Assembly (NCBI GenBank): GCA_043228905.1
Contig: JBHGNT010000005.1
Coordinates: 20,274,001-20,338,000, forward strand
DNA from: Azolla caroliniana
Lineage: Eukaryota > Plantae > Polypodiophyta
DNA length: 64,000 nt
Direction: 5' to 3'
Made by a program: the position numbers and the translations under genes. This document shows, piece after piece, positions 37,458-50,000 of the stretch (positions are counted from its first letter, which is position 1; each line of letters starts with the position of its first letter). The notes below the pieces were generated by a model. That model was given only the letters and a program-made list of their open reading frames with translations, did not search any database and was not told the DNA's origin.

Positions 37458-39480
37458 TGTCGTGACACAATGATATCAAACACATAGTTAGTGAGGATTA
37501 AACTTGCAATCTCACAGCTACAAGATGTCATGCTCAACCATCTTGATATGAGCATGCATTTATATATAATGGTTTAGTATTCTATACTCTAGCATATATT
37601 ACATTTCAGAATCAGAATATTCTAGTCAATAGTATATTTTAGAAATATTGAAGGGCATATTCTAGACGAATATATTCTAGAGATATTCAATCTCGGAACA
37701 TGTATAAATACTTGTAACCTCCTTGGTCCCTTTCAAGGGATTCAACACCAGTCATTGACACATCAATCTAGTATTCTTGTTTCGCCTCATCTTTGTCTCC
37801 TTGATCTTTATTTCTGTCTTCATGCCCTCGTGTTGCTCACAACATCTGGAGTTCCTAGCCTCGTCACATCTAGCTCCAAGTTCATTTGTCGCTCGTAGCC
37901 CCATCATTTGTGCTCGTCCTAGTCTGCGCTTGGTGTGTCCATGACAGTTTGAATCCTTTCCAACTAGAAGCATCACCCCTCTTCATTATCGCCTTTGCTT
38001 CTAGAGTTACCAACATCACCATCCTTGCTTTCAGTGTTACCGTCATCAACATCCTAGTCTTCGACATCATTGTTTTCAGCACCTCTTCCCCCAACCTTCA
38101 TCATAATCAACACTACTTGTTATCATTTATAGGTGTAATTTTGCATCACGATTTTGGTGAAGATTACTTTAGACCGACCACCTTCCTAGTTTCGGTGGGG
38201 GTTATAACCACTCACTTTCTTGGTGGGGATCGAATCTTTGCTCGCTTGCACTCCATTTTCATTTTAGTTCAAGTCTTGTGCCACTTTCCTTTGACGAGGA
38301 CAAATTTCGATCGCTCATCTTCTAGTTCCAGTGGGGGTCACAACCGCTCACTTTCTTGGTGAGGATCATGTCGGTTTCTCGGTAGCGCTACCATTGGTGT
38401 TGTGTTTTGGGTCAAACTCGACAATTTACCCTCTCATAATAGAAGAAGTTGAGTAGACCACTTCACTTGCACTCCTTCGCCTGTTGGTGTTTGTGTTCCC
38501 GTTGAGGATCGCACGTGTTTGCTCATGTTGTTCACGTTCTAGTTCTTGGTGAGGACCACATGGTTGCTAACGCCCGTTTGTGTTCGAGTTCCCGGTGAGG
38601 GCCGCATGGTCGCGCACGTCTGTTCGTGTTCCAGTTCCCGATAACGGCTGCATGGTCGCTCACTCCCATTCGCATTTAGTTCCCAATGAGGGCCGCATGG
38701 TCGCTCATGCCCGTTCATGTTCCTAGTGAGGACCGCACATGGTCTCTCACGCCTATCCATGTTGTAGTATTCGGTGACAACCACACCTGGTCGCTCACAC
38801 CCGTCGGGGTTCAAATCTCCAGTGAGGACCATACATGATCGTTCACGCCCGTCGGTGTTCCAATCTCCGGGGAGGACCGCACATGGTCATTCACGTCCAT
38901 TGGTGTTCTAGTCTCTGGTGAGGACAACAAATAGTTCCTCACACCCGTCAATGCTCCAATTCCCATCCACCCCTACACACTTTCGAAAAGGTGGCTTCCC
39001 CTATGACACAACGATATCAAATACATAGTTATTGAGGATTGAACCTGCAACGTCGCAGCTACGAGATGTTATGCTCAACCATCTTGATATGAGCATGCAT
39101 TTATATATAATAGTTTGGTATTCTTTAGTCTAGCATATACTACATTTCAGAATCAGTTTATTCTAGTCATTAGTATATTCTAGAAATATTGTACGGCATA
39201 TTCTAGATGAGTATATTCTAGAGATATTCAATCTCAGAACATGTATAAATACTTGTAACCTCCTTGGTCCCTTTCAAGGGATTCAACACCAGTCATTGAC
39301 ACATCAATCTAGTATTCTCGCATCTTTGTCTCCTTGATCTTTATTTCTGTCTTCATGCCCTCATGTTTCTCACAACATCTGGAGTTCCTAGCCTCGTCAC
39401 ATCTAGCTCCAAGTTCATACGTCGCTCATAGCCCCATCATCTATGCTCCGTCCTTGTCCGCGCTTGGTGTGTCCGTGACA
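37458..39480 (+). mobile_element. Non-autonomous LTR element I (TRIM/LARD-like, no gag or pol)
   Basis: LTRs 37458-37946 and ~38999-39480. TSD GTAAG/GTGAG (1 mismatch). Purine tract GAAAAGGTGG before the 3' LTR. No retroviral motifs seen internally. Confidence 0.88.
38495..38960. repeat. Degenerate ~38-40 bp tandem array inside element I
   Basis: Recurring GGTGAGGACCGCA(CA)TGGTCGCTCACGCCCGT-like units. Confidence 0.8.
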
Positions 39481-39744
39481 GTGAGAGTGTAACTTTGTAG
39501 CCATTTGTCAAATGAAGGAGAACTCAAGGTCTTTGCCTCCGAGTTCCGTATTTGTACTTCCTCTCTACCATAGTGATCTGTTTTCTTAGGGTTTGTGGAC
39601 CCCCGTGGTTTTTTCCCATTTTGGGTTTTCCAAGTGAAATATCGGTGTCTTTGTGTCTTAAAGTTTTTATGTCTGCCTACTAGTTCTTGGTTTCTCTACA
39701 GGAATACGAACGTGTAACCGGTTGTGGCCGGTCGATTCCTAACA

Positions 39745-40398
39745 CTCTTGTCCTTCTTGAGGTGTCGATAGTCCTTTTGAAAGTTTCCAAGCTTTCCACA
39801 ATAATAGCATGTTAGCTTACCTCTGGACTTGGATCTGGCGTGGGATATTTCTCACCTTGGTGGACTCCTTTACCGGTATGTGGAGTCAAGTTTGATTCCG
39901 ACTGGGACACCCTTGTCCTTCCTTCTAGTCTCCTCGTTCAAGATGCTTGTCTTAACCGCTTGTAGAGACATGTTCTCTTCTTGACACGAAGTGCTGAGAG
40001 TCACCACTAGATTCTCCCAATTGTCCGGTAGGGTGTACAATAGCAGGATGGCCTGCATTGCATCATCAAGGGGAAACTTAGTTGTTGCAAGTTGGTTCAC
40101 ATACCCCATGAATGTGTTGACGTGCTCGACTATGCTTTCCCTGTCCCTGTATTTCAGCCTCACAATCTTTCTCATCAAAGATGTTTTGTTGAGGGCATTG
40201 TTCCTCTCATAAGCTTAAGAGCTTCTGCCACATCTCACAGGCATTTGTGTTGTTTGCTACATGCTGAAGGACACTTACATTGCCGCACTATCAGATGGTG
40301 GCCACCACCTTTCTGTTGAGAAGTTTCCATTCCGACTCTAATACCCCTATGGGTATTTATGGTCTGTCGATTGGCTCGACAAGTCTTTGACTATGAGT
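39745..40398 (-). pseudogene. gag: Copia J gag, C-terminal part; N-terminus lies at 63748-63833
   Basis: LMRKIVRLKYRD...LLLYTLPDNWENLVVTL, decayed knuckle TCYYCGKLGNFQKD. Joins MEYLL across the H TSD. Confidence 0.85.
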
Positions 40399-40752
40399 TG
40401 TCATGAAGGCACACATTTTGGCCTTACAAGGATTCGAGCCCACAACGTCTTGGTCTATATCTTAGACCTTTAACCATTATAATAACATATACGATGTATA
40501 GTTCTAATAAATATATTATTAGTTATTACAAGATATTTAGAGTATTCTAGAACATTTTAGGATATTCCCTGATTATATTAAATATAATAAATATCTAAAA
40601 TATTCTAGAACATTCTAGAATAGTCCATAAGGACCTATAAATAGGTGTCTATTCATTCATCACAACTCATTCGGTTCAACACCAGTGTTTACCCCTTAGC
40701 CTACTCTTTGTAACCTTGTTTCCTCATAATATAATCTCATTTCCATTTCTTG

Positions 40753-40797
<45 letters not shown>

Positions 40798-40949
40798 GTG
40801 AAAACACACAATTATATTAATAAATGTGTGTGAAAAACACTACTTACAATACGCGTGACAATGGAGTATGGTCACACACTAACCACACTACACTACATGG
40901 GTAGTGGAACATGTTGAATTGTCAATAGGCAAGATGAACACTCCACCTA

Positions 40950-43900
40950 GGAAAGAATTTCCACTTGTTCCAATAAAGAAAATTGCCACATTAGTACTCC
41001 CTTCAACTTTCGTAGATATGCTTTCACATTAGTCTACCATCGAATACAAAAGCGTTGCGCATGTTCCAATTATGACGCAATTCCCAATATCTCAGAAATA
41101 GGAAAACAATCTCCATCTCTGATTTTGGGTCAGCCTGTGTAAATTGTGCAAACACCCATTCCATTGTCTAGGTGTCAAATAACTCCGTGATAAAACTTGC
41201 CAAATTTGAGAAATGTAACTCCAAATTTGGCAAGCAATTGGACATTGTATAAATCTATGAGTACTATCTTCTATCTGAACTATGCAAAAGAAGCAGGTAC
41301 CCGTTGCTAGTCCACGACGCTTTAAAGCTAATCCCAAAGGCAATCCTCCGATCAAAACTCTCCAAATGAATACCTTTGCAACAAGTGGCAATTTAGAATG
41401 CCAACTACGTTGTAAGATCTGCCACCACCCATGATCAGATTTGTGTATTTTCCATTCTTCTTCAGCCTTAGATGATAACCATCCAAGAGACTCAACGGAA
41501 CAATGATACAAAAGATTAGTAGTCACTTGTAACAATGGTGTTTTACCCCTTAAACTCCAATCAATCCATGGTTGTTCTCCTGTTTGTAGAGGTAAGGGAC
41601 CTTGCATCAATGCAATATTTTGTAGTTGTTGCCAAATAAACCCATAATTAGGCGGGATGCATAATAATTGTCGTGCTTCAGTAAACTCCAAAATTCTTTG
41701 AGATGGAACCTCAACTATATCTCCACCTCTTTGACCCCCAAACGAAACAAACGATTAAATTGAGAACGCAATCTCTCCTTTCCTGGCCAACATAATAACC
41801 GAGAAGACACAAGTAACTCTTTTTGCAAAGAGTTACAATGCTTTCTACTAGATGATGGTTTCCATACACATAACAAGAGTGCTTCTTGCCATAAGGTAAC
41901 TAAGTGTTGAACACATGAAGAACCCGGAATCCTAAGTGAAATACATCCATTCAGTAATTGCCACCATGAAGCCTTAATCGTTGTCCTCCCATGTGTTAAA
42001 CCCTTGTTCTCAATGAAATATCGAACAATAGATATCCATGATTGTGAGTTTGAACACATGTCTTGTAATAATGAAAATCTACGAGCCATCATATGCATAG
42101 ATAAGTTCAATATTCCAAACCCCCCCAATCGCTTAGGGGTTGCTAGATGATTCCAAGAAATCCATGTGATTCCCATCTTATCCCTCTTCTTCCACAACAA
42201 ATATCAAAGAGGTTGCCATCATATGCATAGATAAGTTCAATATTCCAAACCCCCCCAATCGCTTAGGGGTTGCTAGATGATTCCAAGAAATCCATGTGAT
42301 TCCCATCTTATCCCTCTTCTTCCACAACAAATATCGAAGAGGTTGCAAAACAGAATTCAATGCCTTCTTTGTCCATGGCAATAATGGCAAGTAATATAAT
42401 ATCATGGGTTCCATAATACATTGTACAACCTTCAAGCGAACATGAAATGGCCAAGATTGTGACTTCCAATACATGAACTTATCCCTCAACTTACTAGACA
42501 TCCATTCAATCAATTGACCATTTGTAACATTCATTCCTAATGGATAGCCCAAGTATCGAAAAATAGAGCCTTTCTTCACCACGGATCCTTGCCATCCTAA
42601 ACATTCCAAATCCCTTTCAGTGCATGATATGAGACTAGACTTCCTCCAATTAATATGTAATCCGGAAGCCTAACTGATTCCATACAAGCATCCCCTTCTC
42701 AAGATTCTCCCGTGAGGCTTGTAAAAACATGAAAGAATCATCCGCCAAAGCTTGTGCTACTATTTGCCCTCTGGGCGGAAGGTGTAAACCCACAATGTCA
42801 CCATTTATTGCAAGTCTTGATAGCATCACTAACAAAGGATGAGTAACAATAGAAAACAACAATGGGCTAAGAGGGCATCCTTGATGAACGGATCTTGTGA
42901 GGGCAATATCTGATGTAACTACCCCATTAAGCATTACTCGAGACACTGCATCTTGTCCTAATAAAAATATGAGGCGAGACATACGAGGTCCAAAGCCCAT
43001 TGTATGCATTAACCCAGAAACAAAAGACCAATTAACATTATCATAAGCTTTCTCCAAATCTAATTGCACCATAATCAATTCTTGATGAGTGTTCCGAGCA
43101 TAATCCATGGCCATTTGAACATTCAACACATTATGCAATATATTTCTACATGCAATAAAACCATATTGGGCGGGTTGTATCAACTTTGGTAAATACTTTT
43201 GTAATCTATTAGCCAAGACCTTTGTAAATATCTTGTACAACCCCCCCATCAAAGAAATAGGTCTCCATTGATGAAATGACTCAAGAGATGCCACCTTTGG
43301 AACTAGTTTAATTAGACCAATCATCCAAGCTTGAGGCATACAACCAGAATCCCAAGACTATTGAAACATCAAAGTCAAGGGCCCCTTTAAAATGTTGGAA
43401 TATCTCTTAAAAACTTCATTTTTCCAGCCATCCCAACCAGGGCTCTTACCATTAGGAAGATGCCTTAAAACTACATCCACCTCATCCTCAGTGAAATCCG
43501 CATCCAATTCATGACTAATGAGATCATGCACAATACATCCAACCACATCATAAAACTCATGACGTGCTCTACTCACCTCATCTGTCATTAACAATTGTGG
43601 ACCAATTAACTCCTTAAAGTAATGAAGACATATGTGAATTATTGTTGTACGATCCACTATCAATTCATCCCCTTGCTTCACATGTACCACATTAGATCGA
43701 GCATAAGTAGGATGTAATGCTTGGAAAAACAAATGAGATTGACATTGATTATCAATGAGTCCTTCCCTGAGTTGTCGCATCTTAGCATAACGATAACTTT
43801 GGCATTGCAACTGAGAAATAATAACATGCAATTGACTCTGAATATCCAAAAGCTCCTCATCTAATGGTGTATGTCTCAATAATGCATTACACCTAGAGAG

Positions 43901-44854
43901 AACTTGTGAGAATTGTCGAATAAGACCTCTTCTTTGTTGAGCATTGGTTACTCCATACATACGATGAATGATGTTAATGTTTCGTAATGTGATATCCCAT
44001 GCTTTAACTCCTTTAAGATTCACTTGTTGAGAAAAATTTACCAAAATTTTCTCCATGAGAGAATCAAAGTGAGGTTGAAGCAAAAGAGAAGAGTTAAAGC
44101 GTAGTGGAGGCTTTCCAAGTAAAGATTTATACATGTCAATTGCATGATTACACACCTCCAAGCAAATAGGAAAGTGATTTGAAGTTCCAACATCTTGTAG
44201 AACGTTCATACGAAGTGATGTCAGTAAAAAAGAATCATCATGCATCACATACATTCTATCTAACCGACTCCATGTTTGTCTATGTTGAGCAGATTAGAAG
44301 GTAAAACTTGGATCATTCCCTTGCAACCATGTCCAAACATCCAACTTCAGAACCTCCATAGCCAATGAGTCCCAAGCAAGTTGCTCAGGATCATCCATGA
44401 TTGAATGTTCAGACGTGGATTGAAATGCATCAACACACATGTTAAAATCACCCATAAGTAATCCTAGACATCCAATAGATAGGGTTTGAAGGAGTGAACC
44501 CCATAATGCAATACGTTGAGTGGCTAGGTTAAGGGCATAAATCCCAACCACCCACACAACCTCGCCAAAAAAAGTGATTTCTAGAACCAAAAACTGATCG
44601 TAAGGATCATTATGCACCACTTGAGGATAATACTTATCCCTCACGATTAATACCACACATGAATAATGATTATTAAGATGTCCTGCATAAAATGATGAAT
44701 ATCCATGCAAATGCACTGTGGATCCTGCTAACTCATGACAATTATGCTCAACTACACATACTACATCCCATTCTCTACTTAACAAAGTTTCCCATAGTAT
44801 ATACTTCTTATGAGGAGAACATGCCCCTCTCACATTCCATATTACCACTTTTAT
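40950..44854 (-). pseudogene. LINE ORF2: APE endonuclease, reverse transcriptase and zf-RVT
   Basis: VIWNVRG, MGDFN, SNHFPI, KSPGWDG, WRPISL, DLEKAYD, QGCPLSP, ALADD, YLGYPL, CFFC...EDSTHRFIQC. Confidence 0.9.
42085..42346. repeat. 130-bp tandem duplication inside LINE ORF2
   Basis: GCCATCATATGCATAGATAAG at 42085 and 42215; peptide LWKKRDKMGITWISWNHL appears twice. Confidence 0.9.
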
Positions 44855-44999
44855 TCAATCAACAATGTTATGGGAGCACTTGCTCCTTTAGAGCAACCGA
44901 TGTCATGAAACTAGTCAAAGCATGCTCCAATGCTGCATATGGATTTTCATGCACCACATCCTTAGGGTTGTCTATCGAAATCTTTATTTTAGGTCCTCC

Positions 45000-46400
45000 C
45001 GCTTGACGAAAACCTCGAGAATTCAATGAATTTACAACTCGTCCCAATGAATCAAATTGAAGGTGAAGGGGTAATCCCTTATCCCTAGATTGTCGTTGCC
45101 AAGGAACTTTTCAAGGGCCCTCCCTAGTTCTTGAATTACCTTGCCAAGTAGTCACACGAGTAGTGGGCAAGCTACTACGCTGCATATTCATTGATTTCCC
45201 TTTCGACTTGCCCTTAACCTCATGCCAATCTTTGTCAACAACATCACTACTAGCTCTGTCCAACGATTTTTCCCCCTTATCTTTAACCACTAAACTTTGT
45301 TTTTCCATATCCATAGATTCAATTCCCTTATTCTTAGGGCCCAAACCTTGAAGTGAGACCTCTTTATAACCTGCTCTAATTGATGTTCCTTCATCCACAA
45401 AATCTGACTCACCAACATCTCTCCCAACTCCTTCCTTATCGTTCCCTTCAATAGGAACCTCTGTAGTTGAAGGACAATGACCGTGGCATTCTGCCATAAA
45501 GTGACCTCATTCACCACATCCAAAATAATGACCTGCAAATGTCTCCCACTTCAGTTTAAAACAAAGACTTCTCATACCATGAGCATTCATACGCACCCAT
45601 CCTGGCCTCTTGTGACTTGTATCCTATAACACACAAAATCTGCACTTATTTGTAGCATTTGCATGTGGAGATACCACCACTTTACCCATTTGACTCATCA
45701 ACTCTAGTAAAAGTGGCCATAAAAAAACATGCTTACAATCCACTGTAACCCAAACAGGACATTCTTGTTTTAACAAAGCATGATAGTCCACTACGCGGGA
45801 CTATTGCATAACATGCACCAATCGTTTATCAAAAAACACAGGAACTTTACCCAACAATGCACTTCGATGATCCGGTGAACGAAATACCACATCATAAAAC
45901 CCTCGTGGTCCCGCATATATATTTTCAACACAATTTGGTGACATGATTGTGTTCAACCATTGTTTAATCCAATTAACATATGGGAGTTTGTCGGTAAAAA
46001 ATAATATAACAGCACGATCATAGAATACATCAAATGATTGCAAAACTGCCTTAGCATCAACTTCCACATCATGCACATCCTCTTCAATGCATTCTTTCGC
46101 TACATTTTCATTTTCTTCCACAATATCTGACAATAAGGTATTGGCAATTCCCCATAAATTATCCCAATTATAGTGATCCTTGCCAACTTCATCTACATGT
46201 ATTATTTCAGCATATGTTAATTTCTTCTCATTAATTTCTTCAATTCCCTTAAACCTCTTAGAGCTTCCATATCAATATCCCCCACAATTTGTGAGGAATT
46301 CATGTTTATGTCCATCATTATATCGATCCGGGATAAAAACAATTTTCCATGAACAAGAGAGAAAATCAGAACTCACCCGATTGAAGAGGTCGAAGATTTT
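45000..46400 (-). pseudogene. LINE ORF1 (DUF4283-like RRM region plus decayed zinc knuckle)
   Basis: GPRGFYDVVFRSPDHRSALLGKVPVFFDKRLVHV, CPVWV, FGCGE*GHFMAEC. Boundaries approximate. Confidence 0.7.
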
Positions 46401-47032
46401 GAAAACAATCGAAGACCCACAATGAGTTTTGAGTATGTGGATGCCGACAACACAAGATTCCTTATTGCTATCGCTGCTTCTCGTACAAACCGCCAAATTC
46501 AACTTGCTATATCTCTTTGCAAAGCTCTACTCGAGGGATTTCCAACGCTTGTCTTTGTGCTCAATTCCATTACTGATAGAGAGCGCAGCAATAAAAACAA
46601 ATTCGCTTCTTCTTCCCTTCTCCACTCTTGCGTTTTTTCCTCCCTCTCTCTCTCTCTCTCTCTCTCCCCTACTCACGAGTCTCGACAATTTGAACCAAAT
46701 ATTCTTTTCTTCTTCTTCTTCTCTTAAACTTATTTAAGCAAATCTAGCAAATCTCTCTCGTAACTATGGAGTCCATCAGCAAGCAAGAATATATGCGCGT
46801 TCTCTCTGAACTTGATATGCTAACAACCAAATTCGTGGCCCTGGAGCAAGAAAATCAAAGATTGTTAGGCGACCTACAACAAGTAGGTGCTAAGAAGGTA
46901 CAACAATTTGAAGAGTTATCTCAACAGGTGCATAAATTGGAGGCCACTATATTGCAACGACAAGCGGTGGAAGTTCAAACTTCATCGAAAAAACCAAAGA
47001 GTAGTCTACCGGCCAAGTTTGATGGTACAAGG

Positions 47033-50000
47033 TGAGTGTATAATGGTTGTATTCACACTATCCCTTTGGACAGCCCAAGTTTGGGCTATTTTTGTAAATA
47101 GCATAAAGGGTAGTTCCCTAGGATAATCACTATATAAAGTGACTTTGTAACCTTTAGTGTAGGTTGGTTGTCATTTGTAACTGTTGCTATTAAGAAATAA
47201 AACTTTTCTTTGTGCCTATCTCTCTCTCTGCATATCTTGTTCATTCTCATACACAGGACAGGTCCTTCAACATCATAGATGTTGTTTGTTCTTCCGCACT
47301 GACGACCTTCTCCCCAACATTTGGTATCAGAGCGTTGGAGGTTCTTCAACCCACTGTCGACCGTCTTAGTCCATCACACAACATTCAGTTTTTGTTTTTT
47401 TCTTGAAGAACAAAGAAGAGAGAAGACAAACAAGAAGTTTGCATCTCACTGTGTTAAATCAATAATTGGAGTAAGCTAGACGGCTGTACTTTGTTCCTGT
47501 GATTGTAACCATTTGAGATTGGTCTCCAGGCAACAACCAAATTCGTGCTTCATTCGGTTGATCAACATTCAGGAGGATCAGTTGGATCAGTGCCTCTCCT
47601 CACTGCAATCATCCGAAGCAGAATCTACCTAAACAATCGGTTTCTTGTGATCGGTATTCGGCATACAATCGGAAGCTAACCGGAGTCACTCCAAGAAGGT
47701 TCAACAAACAAGTATCCGAAGCAAAACCGACTCGGGTTCAAGACCGACTAGAACGATATCGGGTGAGCTAACTGGTTGCACCCCAATAAGGTTCCTAGTC
47801 AACTCCGAACAGAGTCTTACCAACCGAAACCAAATCAGATGGCATCAACATCCGGCTCATCAGAGATGAGTCTAAGGAGGTTCCACGGTTTGAACTTCAA
47901 CTTCTGGAAGGAACAAATGCAGGACTATCTCATAGTCAAGGGTCCGATAGACCCGATTGAGAATGAAAATCCTCCAGAAGCATACAAGGCAAACGAGTGG
48001 CTAAAGCTAGACAGAATCATCCGCGCCACGATTCGGATGCACTTGTCGGAGTCAGTGTACTTCACAGTGCAATCATGCTCGACAACTTTTGAACTTTGGA
48101 AAACACTGTCAGAAACTTATGAAAAGAAGGTCGCCGCAACGAAGATGTATATGATCCGACACCTAGACAACTTTTGGATGAAAGAATCCGATTCGGTTCC
48201 GGTACACCTCAATGAGTACGAAAGCCTAAGCTCCCAAATATCGTCTTAGAGGACGGCAATAGAGGATGAACTCAGAGCAATGATACTCATGAGTAGTCTC
48301 CCCCCTTCTTGGGAAACTTTCGTCACAACCGTGTGCAATGCTTCAACAACTGCCATTAAGTACTCCGAAATCATGAGTGCAATCCTAGCTGAAGCAGCTC
48401 GTAGAAAGTCTTTTGCCAAAGACTCAGCAGATGAAGCTTACGTAGTACAAGGTTCGACCGACCGATCCAACAACCGGGGAAGAAGTTCTTCCTGACCGCC
48501 GAACAATTAGTGAAGTCGGAGTAAGTCCCGGGACAACCAAATCTGCAACTACTGCAAGAAACCGGGACACATCAAAGCCGACTGCCAAGCACTCAAAGGA
48601 AAAACCGACAAAGCTCAGAGAGCGGATCAGAAGAGTACCCAGCATGAGGAGGTCAACTACGTCGGCTCTTCAGCCAAAATTTTGACGACCGACCCAAACA
48701 TTCTATCCATAGAGAACCCAGTCAAATCAGAAGCTCTGCTTACGACTGAGGAATCGAGCACATAGCTCCTGGACTCAGGTGCATCGTATCATGTGACACC
48801 TCACTTATCTTAGTTTCGGAAATACTCAGACCGGCACTCTGACCCCTTTCGAGTCGGGAACTCGCAACACTGTGCTATAATCAGAATCGGCACCGTAGAG
48901 CTCAACCTTCCGGGTGGCTCTGGCCTCGTACTACACAACGTCCGACATGTTCCTGAGCTCTCAAGACCCTTGATCTCAGTCGGACAACTTGACGAAGCCG
49001 GCATCCGTGCCGCTTCTCATCAGGAGGGTGGACACTCCACAAAGGGAACCTCCTGCTTGCTCGAGGACCGAAGGTACACTCTTTGTACCCTTTATATGTC
49101 ACACTCAAAGAGGGTGACTTATTTTTGGTTGATATCCCCATGTCATCGTTATGGCACGAACGACTTGGACACCTCAGCAAGGCCGACATAACGCACCTAT
49201 CCGGAGTTGGTTACATCCCCAAGCTCTCCTTCTTGGATCACCAATTCTGTGAGCATTGCCAGTACGACAAACATGTAGTCGCATCACACTCGACATCCGC
49301 ACCAAGAGAATCGAGTCCCCTCGATTTGGTCCACTTGGACGTCTGTGGCCCGATGCCACATCAGTCTCTAGGTAGTGCTTCGTACTTCGTCAGTTTAATT
49401 GACAACTCAACTCGGAAGGTGTGGGCTTACCCCATCAGATCCAAATATCGGGTGTTCTCGATCTTCTCCGAATGGCTTGCAATGGTCGAAAACTAGACTG
49501 GTCAGAAACTAAAATGTCTCCGAACTGATAATGGAGGAGAATTCAAGTCTGATGAATTCGTCAAATTTTGCGGGGAACGCGGCATTCGACGTGAATATAT
49601 GGCACCCTATAGTCCGGAGCATAACGGAATTACTGAACGCATGAATCAGACAATTCAAGAACGCATAGTATCCATGCTCCAACACTCCGGACTGTCGGAT
49701 GGCTTCTAGGCTGAGGCTCAACTTACGCTAGTACACATAATCAATATGTCGCCAAGTAGACCTCTAGGACTTAAAATACCTCAAGAAACATGGACCGGCA
49801 ATAAGCCAAATTATGCCCTCATACCGAAAGACGACTGCCGGAAACTCAAACCAAGATCAAGGAAATGCGTTTTCCTTGGATATGGACCCAACGGCGAGAT
49901 CGGATACCGACTCTGGGACCCCGAGCACAAACAAATCGTCTGAAGTTCAAACGTCGTGTTCAACGAGTCGGCTACGCATAAAATGGCCGAAAGGCCTATT

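Larger units (their letters stand above)
22705..39744 (+). mobile_element. 3' part of copia element E (integrase-RT-RNaseH, PPT, 3' LTR ~37098-39744); hosts a solo LTR, F (with G) and I
   Basis: Coding pieces at 22705-24399, 25112-25349 and 36759-37075 join across TSDs. PPT GGGGGAGTAAAGGGGGCG at ~37078-37096. LTR ends GATTCCTAACA at 39744. Confidence 0.85.
40795..46643 (-). mobile_element. Near full-length decayed L1/Tx1-like LINE inserted in the (CT)n tract of the H 5' LTR
   Basis: ORF1 and ORF2 motifs are in the expected order, flanked on both sides by (CT)n. H LTR sequence resumes after it. Confidence 0.9.

Noticed and set aside
37752-38362. Hydrophobic 158-aa ORF and antisense ORFs in element I as a possible env or cargo gene
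   Set aside because: The ORF starts inside the LTR, has low complexity and shows no motif support. It cannot be called from one copy.
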